IMG/VR virus record: IMGVR_UViG_3300025141_000031 | Direction: 5' to 3' (one strand) | Source: a virus | DNA length: 64,000 bases | Part shown: positions 28,430 through 39,816 of the stretch, piece after piece | Layout of the letters: the number at the start of each line of letters is the position of its first letter | How positions within the stretch are numbered: position 1 is the first letter of the stretch | Notes under the pieces: generated by a model | Told to the model about the DNA's origin: nothing | Seen by the model: the letters and a program-made list of their open reading frames with translations, nothing else | The model's database searches: none | Position numbers and translations under genes: made by a program

Positions 28430-29332
28430 TTACGTTGCATATGTACCAAAATTAAATTGATCTAAATTATCTGAGTTTCCATCTACTGTCAATGATTCTT
28501 GCATTCCAACATTTACAGGATGCAATGTCACTCTATCAATATAAACTTTACTACCATTTGAACCATCCCATCGACCGTCATCATTATCTAATCGTATAGT
28601 CATTAAAGTGTTAACAGTTTGATTATCGAATGTAAAACACATATCATATTTTGTCCAAGAAGTTGTCATTGTATTTTGAGCAGAATAATATGTGGCTCCT
28701 GTTGAAGGAGATCCTAAAGAAGAATTTGTAGCATCACCTCCACTATATCCAGAGAAATTATAGACATAATTAGGACTGTCAAAGGCAACACTAAAAATAA
28801 ATACGCTTTGTCTAACAGTTCCAGTATTTGAAGGTGCTGAGTTTGATTTTCTTGCATACCAACTGCAATACCAAGTGGCACCTGGATGAGTTAGACTAAT
28901 GATATGTCCATTAGTTATAGGTAAATTATGATAATGTGATGTATAAACTTCACCTGATGTTCTTCCATTTGTTATTTGGATTACACGTCCTGAGGTTCCT
29001 ACTGTACTAGATGCATCACCTTCATCTTTTCTTCTTAAAGATGTTAGGCCTGAACCATAAGACTTATTTTTTACTTCTGTATCATTTGTAGAACTATATG
29101 ATGGGTCTTTAAATGGTACTGTTTCGGTAGTTCCAAAATATGTAATTCTAGGTGCATACCCTTCAGCATCATCATAATTATAATCTGTAGAACCTCCATA
29201 ATCAGTATAGCCTGCAGCTGCATAAACTTTGCCGCCACAAATAGGCATATAACTACATAAAGTATTAAATATTCCTCTTCCTAAAGTTTTATGAGCTCCT
29301 CTGGCTGCTGTTTGATTTGGTGGAAATGGCAT
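28430..29332 (-). CDS. Carbohydrate-binding-module-like fibre accessory protein
   Basis: WYCSWYARKS...MTTSWTKY...F......IRLD.......VYIDRV CBM-like strand pattern. Confidence 0.55.
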   Translation of the reverse strand: MPFPPNQTAARGAHKTLGRGIFNTLCSYMPICGGKVYAAAGYTDYGGSTDYNYDDAEGYAPRITYFGTTETVPFKDPSYSSTNDTEVKNKSYGSGLTSLRRKDEGDASSTVGTSGRVIQITNGRTSGEVYTSHYHNLPITNGHIISLTHPGATWYCSWYARKSNSAPSNTGTVRQSVFIFSVAFDSPNYVYNFSGYSGGDATNSSLGSPSTGATYYSAQNTMTTSWTKYDMCFTFDNQTVNTLMTIRLDNDDGRWDGSNGSKVYIDRVTLHPVNVGMQESLTVDGNSDNLDQFNFGTYAT

Positions 29333-32300
29333 TATTTATTCTCTAATTTTTTAATTCTTGTTTCTAACTCTTCAATTGTATCTTGTTGTTCTTTAATACC
29401 TTCTATTAATAATGGAACTATTTTTTCATAATTAACTGCTAAGTATCCAGAACCACTTCTTTCCGTAACAGCTTCAGGTAATACTGTTTGTACTTCTTGG
29501 GCAATAACTCCTATGTCATGTTTTTGGCCTTTTGGTTGTCCAACCCATCCTCTTGTCCATCCTGGACCTTTTTCATTCCAATCAAATGATACTCCACGTA
29601 ATTGTTTTATTTTATTAATAGGGTCATCAATAATAAGAATATTATCTTTCTGTCTTTTATCAGAACTAAAAAAGGCTACTACATCAGCATTAGATTGTAT
29701 TTCCCCATCAGTAAATACCTTTCCTTGTACACCATAGAATGCATAAGAATCATCATCCGAAACATCTGCTACATATGCTGCTGTAATTTGTGGGGTTCCT
29801 GGACATACATCCATGTTTGCTTCTGCAAATACAGCTGCCATATATGGTCTAGAAGCTACACCAGCACCACATTTATCCATCCCAGTTATACCACCTGTAC
29901 CCCATGCAGTATTTGCATTAGATGCACCATTACCAATACCAAAGTATCCTGCTACTCTATTTGAACCTAAATCACAATCATTTGCTTCTACATATAATGG
30001 TGCTGCATCGGCTGAATTACCAAAATCAGATGTTTCTACAATACGTAATGTTCCATCTGTCATTAACATTCCTGGGTGAGTTGATATTAAATCATCATCT
30101 AATGTTATACATTTTTCTCCTGATGAATTAAAAAATGACATACTTGCTTCAGTACCATTTAATTCAATTCTTTGATTTGTCGAACCTCCAAATATTGCAA
30201 CACCATCATCTAATCTCAGATTAGATCCTGCAGTTGTTCCCCAGTTAGTAGATTGAATATTACCTGTTTGTATTCTACCACCTTCGATAATAGTTGAACC
30301 AGGCGCGGTTCCTGCAGGTGTTAAGTATAATCCTTGAACTTCTTCATCTGTTAAGGTCTTACCTGCATATACTCTTATTTCATCTATTGAACCTGTAAAG
30401 TATGTTCCTGCGGTATCAAATGTATGTGAATTACCTTGTATAATGGAAAGATTGCCATCATCGGTAAGAGCTCCAATTGCTGACAAACCACCATGAGCAA
30501 GTGTGGTATTATCAGTCATTGTATGAGATTTCTGTTTAAGGACTGAATTTAAATATAAACTTGCTGTTGGTGTAGTGTTTGTTGGTCTATTTAAAGTTCC
30601 GACAACATGATACCATTCGCCTGAATCAATACTCGCCGACATTAAACAATCTTCATCGGCTGCATTTGCTCCAGCTAGATATGTTCTAAAATAAACATTA
30701 CTTGCAGATACCCAAAGCGCTACACCAGATGAATCTCCACCTTGCTCATATATTACTTGTGGTGAGTTGTAAGAAACATCATCACATTTGAACCATGAAG
30801 ACCATGAACCAGATTCAATGTTTATAGTACTAGAACCATCATGATACCAAGTATTGTCATGAGTTACATATGTATTGTTACCAGATTCTAATTTAAGAGA
30901 ATATTGTGTTATTGCATTACTACCCGATCCATGAGAGCCAGCTGGGTTACTAATTGTCCAGGCTCCTGTAATGTCTTCTCCGCCAACGGAATAATTTGCT
31001 TGGTTAAGAACAGTACTACCTGTACTATTAGCAAAATTTAAATGAAGAACTAAATTGTCATTAGGTGGATTTTTTGGTAAACTTGATACTTCTATCTTTC
31101 CTTTGAAGTATCCATTTCCAGTATATAAACCAAATCCTGTAACTCCATCTGAGAATGATGAATCTGTTATTCCTGATAAGTCTCCTATTTGTGCTTGTAA
31201 ATTTAAATCATATAATCCAGAACCAGTACGTTCCACAATTTGCATGTATGGCGTATATGGGTCATTTGGATTTGCATTTAATCTAATATATCCAGTACCA
31301 ATCTTTCCTGTTGATACAATTACTTGTGAACCTGTATATGATTGAGCTGCGAACGGAGAATCTCCTAATGAACCGGATGGTCCATGAGTTGGAGACCCAT
31401 CATAATTTAAACTTCTTGTTACAAATAAATAACCACCATAGTCGGTATCACTTGATGCATCAAATCTAGATGCGGATTGAACCTTTACATACTCTGTAGT
31501 AAATCCTGTTGATGATATTTTTTTAAGTGATAATATTTCTCCGTATGCAAATCCAGATACATTTTGTATTGACATTGTAGTATCTGTTGCTGCATGATGT
31601 GCTCCTGGATGTAATGCTGATCCAGTTAATACTGATGAATTTGCAACGTATAATTGTCCACCTACTGCATTAACTGTTTCCTTTTCAAATACGGCTGTTG
31701 ATAGTGTTCCTCTTATTCTTGCATTCTCAACTTCTAACATACCTCCTGATACTGCAGTTAATCTAAATCCTGAACCTGCTAGGTTCGAAACAAAACCATC
31801 AGATTCAACAGTTCCGTCTTTACGAAGAATCATATTACCACCTTGAAGTTTAGTATCATCAAATGACCATCCTGCTATTTCTTGTCGTTCTGTTGATAGT
31901 TCAAATATTCTATCTCCTGCAGTGCTCCACCCTTTAATACCCCATTCATTAGAAGTATTAGTTTGGCCGATTGCAAGCATTACATTATCCCTATCATTGT
32001 CACCTATATTATTCTTACCATCACCAGAATCTCCATGAATTGTTATCAATTGATAATCAGCATCTATACTAATACCGAATTTATCTGTAGTGGCGGTTGT
32101 GAAAGAATATAAACGTTTGTCGGTAAAATTCCAACTTGCAATTTTATTAGTATCTCCAAATCGGAATATATTATTACCTCCTTCCGTTCCTTTAATACCC
32201 CAATTAGTACCATCAGTATGATATATTTGTACACGATTATTATCATCTTCTCTAATTTCAATATTTTGGGTAGATGGATCTGCATTAAGGATAATACCTT

Positions 32301-35265
32301 TATCAGAAGCGTTAAGTCTTTGAAGTTTATCGCCAACTATTTCCCAATTTGCAATTTTACCTGCACTTGCAGTCATTGCTCCAGCAGTATCAACTTGGAA
32401 CCCGGAAGCTGATATATGATATCCGCTATTACCAGATGAATCTAAAATAACTGTATTATTACTTGATGATAATGTATTAGTTCCTATTCCCCATCCTCCA
32501 ATAGTACCACCAGCTTCTGCAGTAATAGTACCTTGCATTATCACGTCACCACTTGTATCTAAATGGAAATTACTAGATGTAATTGCAATTGTTCCATCTC
32601 CTGAGCCAGATATAAAACTAGAGTCACTACCTAAAAAGAATTTTTGAGTTCGGATATCCAGTTCCGCTGGATTTGTCCTAAATCTAAAATAACTTGCAGA
32701 ATCTTGTACTAATTCTAATCCTACTCCGCCATTATCATAATCATCAGTAACACCTTCTAATACTGAACCGCTCCAGAACATGAATCCTGAACCACTTCCT
32801 GCAGATGCTGATGTAAATCCTGTATATCCTATTGAACGCATATATGCTGAATTCACACCCGCTAATTCTACTCCTGAGCCGACTGTGTTTCCTACAAAAA
32901 CTGAACCTGTAATAAGATTTCCTTCTCCAGAAATATAAGTATTATCTCCATCAAAAATTGCTCCTTGAGCAAATGGTTCACATTCCGCTGGTGCACCTTG
33001 GTAATCTAAAAATTGGAATTTAAATGCCAACGGTGCATTCATAGCATCTGTTGGTATTCTAATATTCATTTCTGTATGGTTAGGTGAAAATCCAGTTTCT
33101 ATGTTCGCATTTAACTGTATATTCTTTATATAAGCTTTACCTTTACGAACAACAAATATAGGTTTATATCTATCCGTATAGAATGGAACAAATTGTACTT
33201 GACTCCAAACTGCTTGTCCTCCTGTATTAAATTCAACCGAACCTAAATAATTTCCGTATTCTGAATTAGTTAGTTGATGGGCAGCTCCTTGTTCTGTATA
33301 TGGAGCTCCTATGATAGCACCAAAATATTCTTTTGTATCATGAATTTTTGAACCTGACATATATACATCAACACGAGCTCCCATTGGAGAAGCTCCTTGG
33401 GCTTCCATAGATGATGTTTGCTCGGCTTTTGTAAAGAATGATAAATTATATTCTGTATTAGCATATAATGTAGGTTTATAGGTATCACTTAAAGACCATT
33501 TAACATGAGACGAATTTTGATTTTGAGACGTAAATACATCTGTACTTTCTAATAATACTGATTCTCCTAGGTAATCATTGTTCCATGTTTGTGAGCCGTA
33601 AGCAACTTCCCAATACGTATCAATATCTTCTTGACTATTCAACGCTCCCATTGGTTTGTCAATAACTCCCATTTGTAAATCAGCTGAGTTAGATGCTGTA
33701 TCTGATAATACTTCTTTCATTTCTAAAATAGTATTTCCTACATCAGTATAATCTCCTGGAGCTCCCATCAGTTTATATAATGTTTTAACTGAATATACAT
33801 CTCCTGTTGATGGCTCAATATTAGCTAATCTAATATTTGCAAAGGACATTGAATTTTCTGTGTCTTGTGACATTTGTGGAACCCAATAACTCATTGTAAA
33901 TGCAGATGCACCAAAATCAACAACATGGTGGCCGAACTCTTCACTATTACGACCTGCTAAGAAATCAAATGCTGGATGTAATCTACATGTTGTTGAATTT
34001 TCTATGTCAACAATTGTTCCAATATATGTTGCATCAGTTGATCTATTACTATTAGAGCCGGCTGTATTTCCTGAATTTGTTGATGTTGCATGAACAACTT
34101 GGCCTGAACCATTAATCCAATGATCTGTTTCAGCTGTAATCTGTGGATTGTTTATAATTACTGTTGCTCCTAGATGCTGACTACCACTTAATGATAAGCC
34201 TGCAAAAGTAGCTACTGTCGTATCTGGTGGATTATATACAATCGTTGATACTGTAGTAACGTTATTTTGTGGTGTTGATACACTTGATTGTGCATCTCTG
34301 ATTGATGGAGCCATTGTAATTGATGTGGTTCCACCTGGGCCATTATTACCTACATTAACAGTTGCAATCGCAACTTTTGCAGGAGTTAAGTTTGTTGTTG
34401 ATTTTACCTGTGCTACAGTTGAATTATTTGGTGTTCCTGACACTGCTGGAGATTTGGCTAAAGTAGATGGCATCGCAATTGCTATCTTGGCAATTCCTTG
34501 TGATTTTGAAGGTGTTTTTGATGAAAATGATGCTTCTGGAATAGTATTGCTAGGGTTCTGTGCTTGGGGCCATATTGTTTTGGTGACTGCAGCTGCTATA
34601 GATTCTATTGTTGGAGTCGTAATATTAGTTGTTACTGTTGAATATCCACCTGCTGGACCGGTTCCTGAAATAGATAATCCATTTTCTGATGCTGATCCTG
34701 ATATTACTTTAAAGAATGTTGGTAAATCTGTTATCTCTGAAAATGTTTTTACTTGTTCTTCAATTGTTATTTCTGGTTCTTGTAAGAAAAGAATTTCAGA
34801 ATTGTTACGTCTATTTGGTGCAACTCTAGAAGTCCTAGTCCATAATACGTTAGGTAGATCTACCCAATTATCACTCATGACATCTCTACTAAACGGAAAT
34901 TGATCATTAGTTTCTGGATCGTATAGAGCTCTTCCTGCTAAATAGAAAGTACATTTACCTACTGGAGTATCTGGATATATCCATATTGATATTGTACGTA
35001 CTCCATCTTTTTCTAAATAGTTTAATACTTCGAAGTAAATCGGGTCGCCATTGTAATCTAATATTTCTATATGGACCTTTGAATCGTCAACTAATGTATC
35101 AGGATCACCTCTAAATTTAAATACATTCTTTCCTGCTGTTAATGTTGTAGGAAATTCCTTTATCTCAAAAAAGTCTTGTGATAATGGTTCTCTATCAATT
35201 ACATCATATCTGATATTCGCGTTTTCCGCTAATCCTATATAGGAGGCCTCTCTTTTGATTGCCAT
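29332..35265 (-). CDS. Long tail fibre with LamG-like domain and C-terminal intramolecular chaperone (peptidase S74)
   Basis: GGTIGGW/GKIANW repeats; WYHVVGT...FTGSIDEIRVY LamG; FSSDKRQKDNI...GVIAQEV...VNYEKIVPLLIEGIKE. Confidence 0.85.
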   Translation of the reverse strand: MAIKREASYIGLAENANIRYDVIDREPLSQDFFEIKEFPTTLTAGKNVFKFRGDPDTLVDDSKVHIEILDYNGDPIYFEVLNYLEKDGVRTISIWIYPDTPVGKCTFYLAGRALYDPETNDQFPFSRDVMSDNWVDLPNVLWTRTSRVAPNRRNNSEILFLQEPEITIEEQVKTFSEITDLPTFFKVISGSASENGLSISGTGPAGGYSTVTTNITTPTIESIAAAVTKTIWPQAQNPSNTIPEASFSSKTPSKSQGIAKIAIAMPSTLAKSPAVSGTPNNSTVAQVKSTTNLTPAKVAIATVNVGNNGPGGTTSITMAPSIRDAQSSVSTPQNNVTTVSTIVYNPPDTTVATFAGLSLSGSQHLGATVIINNPQITAETDHWINGSGQVVHATSTNSGNTAGSNSNRSTDATYIGTIVDIENSTTCRLHPAFDFLAGRNSEEFGHHVVDFGASAFTMSYWVPQMSQDTENSMSFANIRLANIEPSTGDVYSVKTLYKLMGAPGDYTDVGNTILEMKEVLSDTASNSADLQMGVIDKPMGALNSQEDIDTYWEVAYGSQTWNNDYLGESVLLESTDVFTSQNQNSSHVKWSLSDTYKPTLYANTEYNLSFFTKAEQTSSMEAQGASPMGARVDVYMSGSKIHDTKEYFGAIIGAPYTEQGAAHQLTNSEYGNYLGSVEFNTGGQAVWSQVQFVPFYTDRYKPIFVVRKGKAYIKNIQLNANIETGFSPNHTEMNIRIPTDAMNAPLAFKFQFLDYQGAPAECEPFAQGAIFDGDNTYISGEGNLITGSVFVGNTVGSGVELAGVNSAYMRSIGYTGFTSASAGSGSGFMFWSGSVLEGVTDDYDNGGVGLELVQDSASYFRFRTNPAELDIRTQKFFLGSDSSFISGSGDGTIAITSSNFHLDTSGDVIMQGTITAEAGGTIGGWGIGTNTLSSSNNTVILDSSGNSGYHISASGFQVDTAGAMTASAGKIANWEIVGDKLQRLNASDKGIILNADPSTQNIEIREDDNNRVQIYHTDGTNWGIKGTEGGNNIFRFGDTNKIASWNFTDKRLYSFTTATTDKFGISIDADYQLITIHGDSGDGKNNIGDNDRDNVMLAIGQTNTSNEWGIKGWSTAGDRIFELSTERQEIAGWSFDDTKLQGGNMILRKDGTVESDGFVSNLAGSGFRLTAVSGGMLEVENARIRGTLSTAVFEKETVNAVGGQLYVANSSVLTGSALHPGAHHAATDTTMSIQNVSGFAYGEILSLKKISSTGFTTEYVKVQSASRFDASSDTDYGGYLFVTRSLNYDGSPTHGPSGSLGDSPFAAQSYTGSQVIVSTGKIGTGYIRLNANPNDPYTPYMQIVERTGSGLYDLNLQAQIGDLSGITDSSFSDGVTGFGLYTGNGYFKGKIEVSSLPKNPPNDNLVLHLNFANSTGSTVLNQANYSVGGEDITGAWTISNPAGSHGSGSNAITQYSLKLESGNNTYVTHDNTWYHDGSSTINIESGSWSSWFKCDDVSYNSPQVIYEQGGDSSGVALWVSASNVYFRTYLAGANAADEDCLMSASIDSGEWYHVVGTLNRPTNTTPTASLYLNSVLKQKSHTMTDNTTLAHGGLSAIGALTDDGNLSIIQGNSHTFDTAGTYFTGSIDEIRVYAGKTLTDEEVQGLYLTPAGTAPGSTIIEGGRIQTGNIQSTNWGTTAGSNLRLDDGVAIFGGSTNQRIELNGTEASMSFFNSSGEKCITLDDDLISTHPGMLMTDGTLRIVETSDFGNSADAAPLYVEANDCDLGSNRVAGYFGIGNGASNANTAWGTGGITGMDKCGAGVASRPYMAAVFAEANMDVCPGTPQITAAYVADVSDDDSYAFYGVQGKVFTDGEIQSNADVVAFFSSDKRQKDNILIIDDPINKIKQLRGVSFDWNEKGPGWTRGWVGQPKGQKHDIGVIAQEVQTVLPEAVTERSGSGYLAVNYEKIVPLLIEGIKEQQDTIEELETRIKKLENK

Positions 35266-35315
35266 GAATTTCCCTCGTACTTACCTATTTATTTTAATAT
35301 AAATATGGTTAACTC

Positions 35316-38300
35316 TTAATTATAGGAGATTTTGGAGTAGCCGTTTGTCTTCTTAATTTCAACTAATTTCTCCACGATATCTCTCATAGCATCAATATGA
35401 GATATACATAATAAAAATCCAAATTGTGATTTCAGATAATCAAATAACATATACATTGAATTAAGATTATCTGAATCTAATACTCCGAATCCTTCATCTA
35501 TTGCTAAGAAGTTAGGCCTTGGAAGATTTGATACATTTATTAAAGAAGTTCTAATAGCTAATGAAGATATAAATTTCTCCATTCCGGAAGTTAATTCTAA
35601 TGGCCAATAATTATCATCATCATAAACGATAAATGCATTAATATTTTTGCCATCTGTATGTAATACCATGGTAAATTCAACAATCTGATTTAATATATTA
35701 TTTATTTCGGATTCTATTTGTGGTAAAGCTTTTGAAATTAAATGGTATGGAACTCCGTTTCGTTGAACCGCTTTTTGATAATATTCAAACCCTTTATATT
35801 GTTGTTCTAAATCTTTTAATCTATTAATACCATCATTAGCATCTTGTTTAGACTTCTCCGCCATTTTTAATTTTCCTGATAGTGATAATAATTTTGTATC
35901 TAAATGTCCTAATTCTGTATTAACAACTGTTATCTCATCTCTGATTTCGTTTATTTCAGAATTTTTAATTTTATTATATTCTAGGTTATCTTTTTGTTTT
36001 TCAGATTTTTTTAGTTTAATTCTCTCAGCCTTAATATCATTATTAGTTTTTTCGATATTCCAATCTGTAGTTATTAATTCATGTTCTTGTGCAATTAATG
36101 TTCCATTATTTATTCCTAACGAATGTTTTATATCTAATAATCTCTGTAATTGTTCGTTTGGTTTTTCTATTTGTTCTAATCCTGTTATTCGTCTTCCTAT
36201 ATCATCAATATCAAACATTATTTGTTGTTCTTCATCAATTAATTTAGGTAAGAAATCTGCTATCTGTTTTGTTTCTTGTAACCAAGGATTTGCCATACAA
36301 AAACTACAATTTTCATCCCATTCATGTTTATCTAATTTAGATACCATTTTTTGAGCATGTTGAATTTTTAGTTGTTTTACTTTAAGATCATTTTTTAATT
36401 TAATTAAATCTGATTTATAATTTTTTAATTCTAATATTTGGTCTTTAATAAAATCCTCATCTACATTATTTATTTTCTGCTCCGTTTCTTTAATTAATTT
36501 TTTCTGTTCTTTAATTAATTCTTTTTGTCGGCCTCTTTCCAATCTTAAATTTCCTAAAGAATCATTCAATTGAGTTATTTCGAATTTGATATCATTTGGT
36601 TCTGATAATGTATCGTCTACTTTCTTTAATTCTTTTGTCATAGTAAAAATGATATCATTAAGATTTGTTTTCATTTCTTCATGTTCATGCTTATCAACTT
36701 TCATTTGTTCATATGAACCAGTATGTTGAATTATTATTTCATTTGCATTTACTAAATCTGTTGAAAAATCTTTTCTTTTATATTCTCTAATTAAAGCTGC
36801 TGTTTCTCTAATTTCTTCATGTCCAACTAAATATTGTTGTTCAAATATATCAATATCTAAAAATTGTGATAATAAGTCTTTTCTTTCTCTTTGAGTTTTA
36901 TCGATAAATCCTGTATTATTATTTTGTAACGACAATGCGGTTAATACAAAATCTTCATATGAACCTAAATATTGTCTTATACTTTTATTTGTAGAATCTC
37001 TTTGGTCTCCATTTAGATTTTCTTTATCTCCATCTTTATCAACTCTCCAGAAATTTACGTCAACTTTAACATGTCCTCTATTATTTTTCTTTCCTAGTCG
37101 TTCGATAAAATAATTATACTTTCCTAATTCAAATTCAAATTTACATGCAAACTGAGATTTTTTATTATTTAATACATGAGCTGCTTTTTTAGTTCTAGAA
37201 CATCTATCAAAGCAACAGAATGCTAATGCATCTAACAATGTTGACTTGCCAGAAGCATTTGGAGCAAATAATCCATAACTCCCAACCATATTTGTGAAAT
37301 CCATTTCATTATCTTCTCCGTAACTAAACATATTAGAAAATTCAAATTTCTTTGGTTGCCATGTTATATTTCTTGTTAATGTATTTGCTGGCAACTTGGA
37401 GTGTACTGTTCTGTTAATATGTCTTACTGTATCTAATAATTCATCATCGAGTGCATATTCGTCTGTAAGGTATTCTGTAATAACTTTATTTTGCCATTCT
37501 ACATCTCGTACATTACCAAAATTAATTTTATTTTGTGCATCTGTTGTATTTAATGCATTTATTTTTTGAATTGAAATATCTTGTACTTTATACTTTGATT
37601 TTATTTTTGCAATGATTTGTTTTAATGTACCAGAATCAGTATCTTTTACTTTTAATCTTAATCTTGGTTTTTTTGGAACTTTTAAATTTGGATTAATGAT
37701 TTTTCCATTATCAATCTCATATGTATAATAACCAAAATCATTTACGATTTCTACAAATTCAGATTTTTTAGTTGCTAAATCCCATACTAATATTCCATGT
37801 CCTAATTTTTCTCCATGATTTTGTTGAATTAAAGATCCTGGATATGCTATGGTTTTTTCAATATCTAAATATTGTAGCTTATGAATATCACCTAACAATG
37901 TTAAATCATGTCCTATAAATATATCAGTCGTAACATGTGTATTACTTAAAGTAAATCCTGCATCTGTTGATGCGTTATGAACCGATCCATGATGAAGAGC
38001 AATCTTATAATTACCATCAAAATCTTTAGCTTTTATATATTTTATCGGCTTTTCATCCACCGCCATTACGTTAAAGTGTACACCTTGGATATCGTATACA
38101 CCGTTGTCTTTAAGATAGTGTAAGTTCTTATGTTTGATAGCTTTAACAATAGGACTTAAGGCGTCAAGTCTATAGTTATTATTTAGGTTACAGTCATGGT
38201 TTCCTAAAATTACTATTGTAGGTAATAAGTCTGCTAAATTAGTAAAAAATTCTGAGGTTAAGTCTACTAGTTCTGGTGACATATCTGTTTTTGCGTGTAC

Positions 38301-38447
38301 TATATCTCCTGCAACATAAATTAAATCATTTTCGGTTTTAGTCTTTTTAATATAAGAATATAATTTTCTAAATACTTGTCTATATTCTTTATGTCGTTTT
38401 ACATTTCTTATATGTACATCTGCTATGTGATATATTTTATTTATCAT
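35316..38447 (-). CDS. Fused SbcD(Mre11)-SbcC(Rad50) recombination nuclease (T4 gp47+gp46-like); start revised to 38447
   Basis: ADVH, GDIVH, GNHD, GDIH phosphoesterase; APNASGKST Walker A; CSFC hook; TSGMEK; IDEGFGVLD; ATGA overlap with primase. Confidence 0.9.
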   Translation of the reverse strand: MINKIYHIADVHIRNVKRHKEYRQVFRKLYSYIKKTKTENDLIYVAGDIVHAKTDMSPELVDLTSEFFTNLADLLPTIVILGNHDCNLNNNYRLDALSPIVKAIKHKNLHYLKDNGVYDIQGVHFNVMAVDEKPIKYIKAKDFDGNYKIALHHGSVHNASTDAGFTLSNTHVTTDIFIGHDLTLLGDIHKLQYLDIEKTIAYPGSLIQQNHGEKLGHGILVWDLATKKSEFVEIVNDFGYYTYEIDNGKIINPNLKVPKKPRLRLKVKDTDSGTLKQIIAKIKSKYKVQDISIQKINALNTTDAQNKINFGNVRDVEWQNKVITEYLTDEYALDDELLDTVRHINRTVHSKLPANTLTRNITWQPKKFEFSNMFSYGEDNEMDFTNMVGSYGLFAPNASGKSTLLDALAFCCFDRCSRTKKAAHVLNNKKSQFACKFEFELGKYNYFIERLGKKNNRGHVKVDVNFWRVDKDGDKENLNGDQRDSTNKSIRQYLGSYEDFVLTALSLQNNNTGFIDKTQRERKDLLSQFLDIDIFEQQYLVGHEEIRETAALIREYKRKDFSTDLVNANEIIIQHTGSYEQMKVDKHEHEEMKTNLNDIIFTMTKELKKVDDTLSEPNDIKFEITQLNDSLGNLRLERGRQKELIKEQKKLIKETEQKINNVDEDFIKDQILELKNYKSDLIKLKNDLKVKQLKIQHAQKMVSKLDKHEWDENCSFCMANPWLQETKQIADFLPKLIDEEQQIMFDIDDIGRRITGLEQIEKPNEQLQRLLDIKHSLGINNGTLIAQEHELITTDWNIEKTNNDIKAERIKLKKSEKQKDNLEYNKIKNSEINEIRDEITVVNTELGHLDTKLLSLSGKLKMAEKSKQDANDGINRLKDLEQQYKGFEYYQKAVQRNGVPYHLISKALPQIESEINNILNQIVEFTMVLHTDGKNINAFIVYDDDNYWPLELTSGMEKFISSLAIRTSLINVSNLPRPNFLAIDEGFGVLDSDNLNSMYMLFDYLKSQFGFLLCISHIDAMRDIVEKLVEIKKTNGYSKISYN

Positions 38448-39367
38448 ATTCCCATTATCCTTTGTTCTATCAACCATTCTGACGTCATTTTTTTTGTTCC
38501 TGCTAATATATTATTGATTTTTCCGAATCCAATTTCGCTTGGGTCTGATTCTTTTAGGTCTACAAAGTATACTTCTACTCCATTTGCCATAAAATATTCT
38601 GCTGTTTCTATTGCTTGTTTTCTTGCATCCTGATCAAGACATATATAAATTGTCTTTACATTATTTTCTATTATTCTATGTTTTAATTGGTCTGGAATTG
38701 TTTTACCAAATAATGGTATTGCATTTCGTCTGATTGCAATTGCGTCAAAAACTCCTTCTACTAAACATACTGGATAGTTCCAGTTTATATGTAATTCAAA
38801 TCCTACTATATCTTTTGATACTTGTGGATTTTTATGTTTCCATACATCATCTTCATAATAAGCTCTTCCGACAAAATAATTTAAAACTCCATTTGCATCA
38901 TAACTTGGAATAATTATTTTTCCAGAATATAATCCTTTCCTACAATATCCAATTCTATATTTTAGAATATCATATATTGTAATACCTCGTTTTTTAAGAT
39001 AATAAATAGCATTTCTATATTCTGGTGATGATTTATCTAATTTCCATAACGGTCTAAATTCAGCTGGGAGTTCTACTGCTTTTGTATTGGTTGTAGTTAT
39101 TTTTGGTTTATATTCTGTTTCTTCTATAAACTCAAATAATTTAGAAATCTTATGTCTTTCAACATTCAATTTCTTAAATAATGTGATTATCTTTCTACCT
39201 GCTGCGTTACATACCCAACAATGCCAATGTTGAGATAATATATTAACTTCTAACTTTTTCTTGTTATGGTGGCAAAATGGACAATGAAATGCTACATTGC
39301 CTTTATTAGTAGATCTACCCTTACCAAGAACAGTTTCTATTAATGATAGTAATTTAAAATTCGTCAT
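38444..39367 (-). CDS. DNA primase (Zn finger + TOPRIM)
   Basis: CPFC...HCWVC; LVEGVFDAI; CLDQDA; DPSE. Confidence 0.9.
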   Translation of the reverse strand: MTNFKLLSLIETVLGKGRSTNKGNVAFHCPFCHHNKKKLEVNILSQHWHCWVCNAAGRKIITLFKKLNVERHKISKLFEFIEETEYKPKITTTNTKAVELPAEFRPLWKLDKSSPEYRNAIYYLKKRGITIYDILKYRIGYCRKGLYSGKIIIPSYDANGVLNYFVGRAYYEDDVWKHKNPQVSKDIVGFELHINWNYPVCLVEGVFDAIAIRRNAIPLFGKTIPDQLKHRIIENNVKTIYICLDQDARKQAIETAEYFMANGVEVYFVDLKESDPSEIGFGKINNILAGTKKMTSEWLIEQRIMGI

Positions 39368-39374
39368 GTATTAA

Positions 39375-39405
39375 AATATAAAGAAAACTTTTCAAATAAC
39401 CTAAT
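39375..39405 (-). promoter_or_regulatory. 31-nt class II promoter upstream of primase
   Basis: ATTAGGTTATTTGAAAAGTTTTCTTTATATT, 7 nt before the ATG. Confidence 0.7.
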
Positions 39406-39815
39406 TATTTTTCAGAAAACCATTCTTGTGGTATTGTCTTTTCTGCCCATGGAATTCCATGTTTATCACAGTAAGATCCATATGTAGTTTTTGAACCTTT
39501 TCTAATTTTAGTTTTACCTGACATAAATACTATTCTTATATCTAATTCTGGATGTTGTTTTTTAATAAGTAAATGTTTTTTTCTATCTTCTGCTACCCAT
39601 CTACCTTTTGTTTCAACTAAAATTCCATTTGGTAATGTAAAATCAATTGTATAAGTATGTTTAGTTTCTGGTTTGATATATGGTATTACTGTTGTTTCAT
39701 ATTCAAACTTAACTTTATTTTCTTTTAGTTGTTCCGAAACTTTATGTTCAAATCCGCTTCGATAACCATGCTTAATTGCATTTCTACGCAATTTACTTTT
39801 ACTTCTCCATGCCAT
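39405..39815 (-). CDS. T7 endonuclease I-like Holliday junction resolvase (start revised to 39815)
   Basis: YRSGFE...YE...YTIDF.LPNGI.VETKGRW..EDRKKHL..K.QHPELDIR.VF. Confidence 0.9.
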   Translation of the reverse strand: MAWRSKSKLRRNAIKHGYRSGFEHKVSEQLKENKVKFEYETTVIPYIKPETKHTYTIDFTLPNGILVETKGRWVAEDRKKHLLIKKQHPELDIRIVFMSGKTKIRKGSKTTYGSYCDKHGIPWAEKTIPQEWFSEK

Positions 39816-39816
39816 A

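Noticed and set aside
38448-38477. Longer ORF-track starts (38477; likewise 39830, 17784, 56303)
   Set aside because: The downstream ATGs fit ATGA coupling, stop adjacency or SD spacing better.
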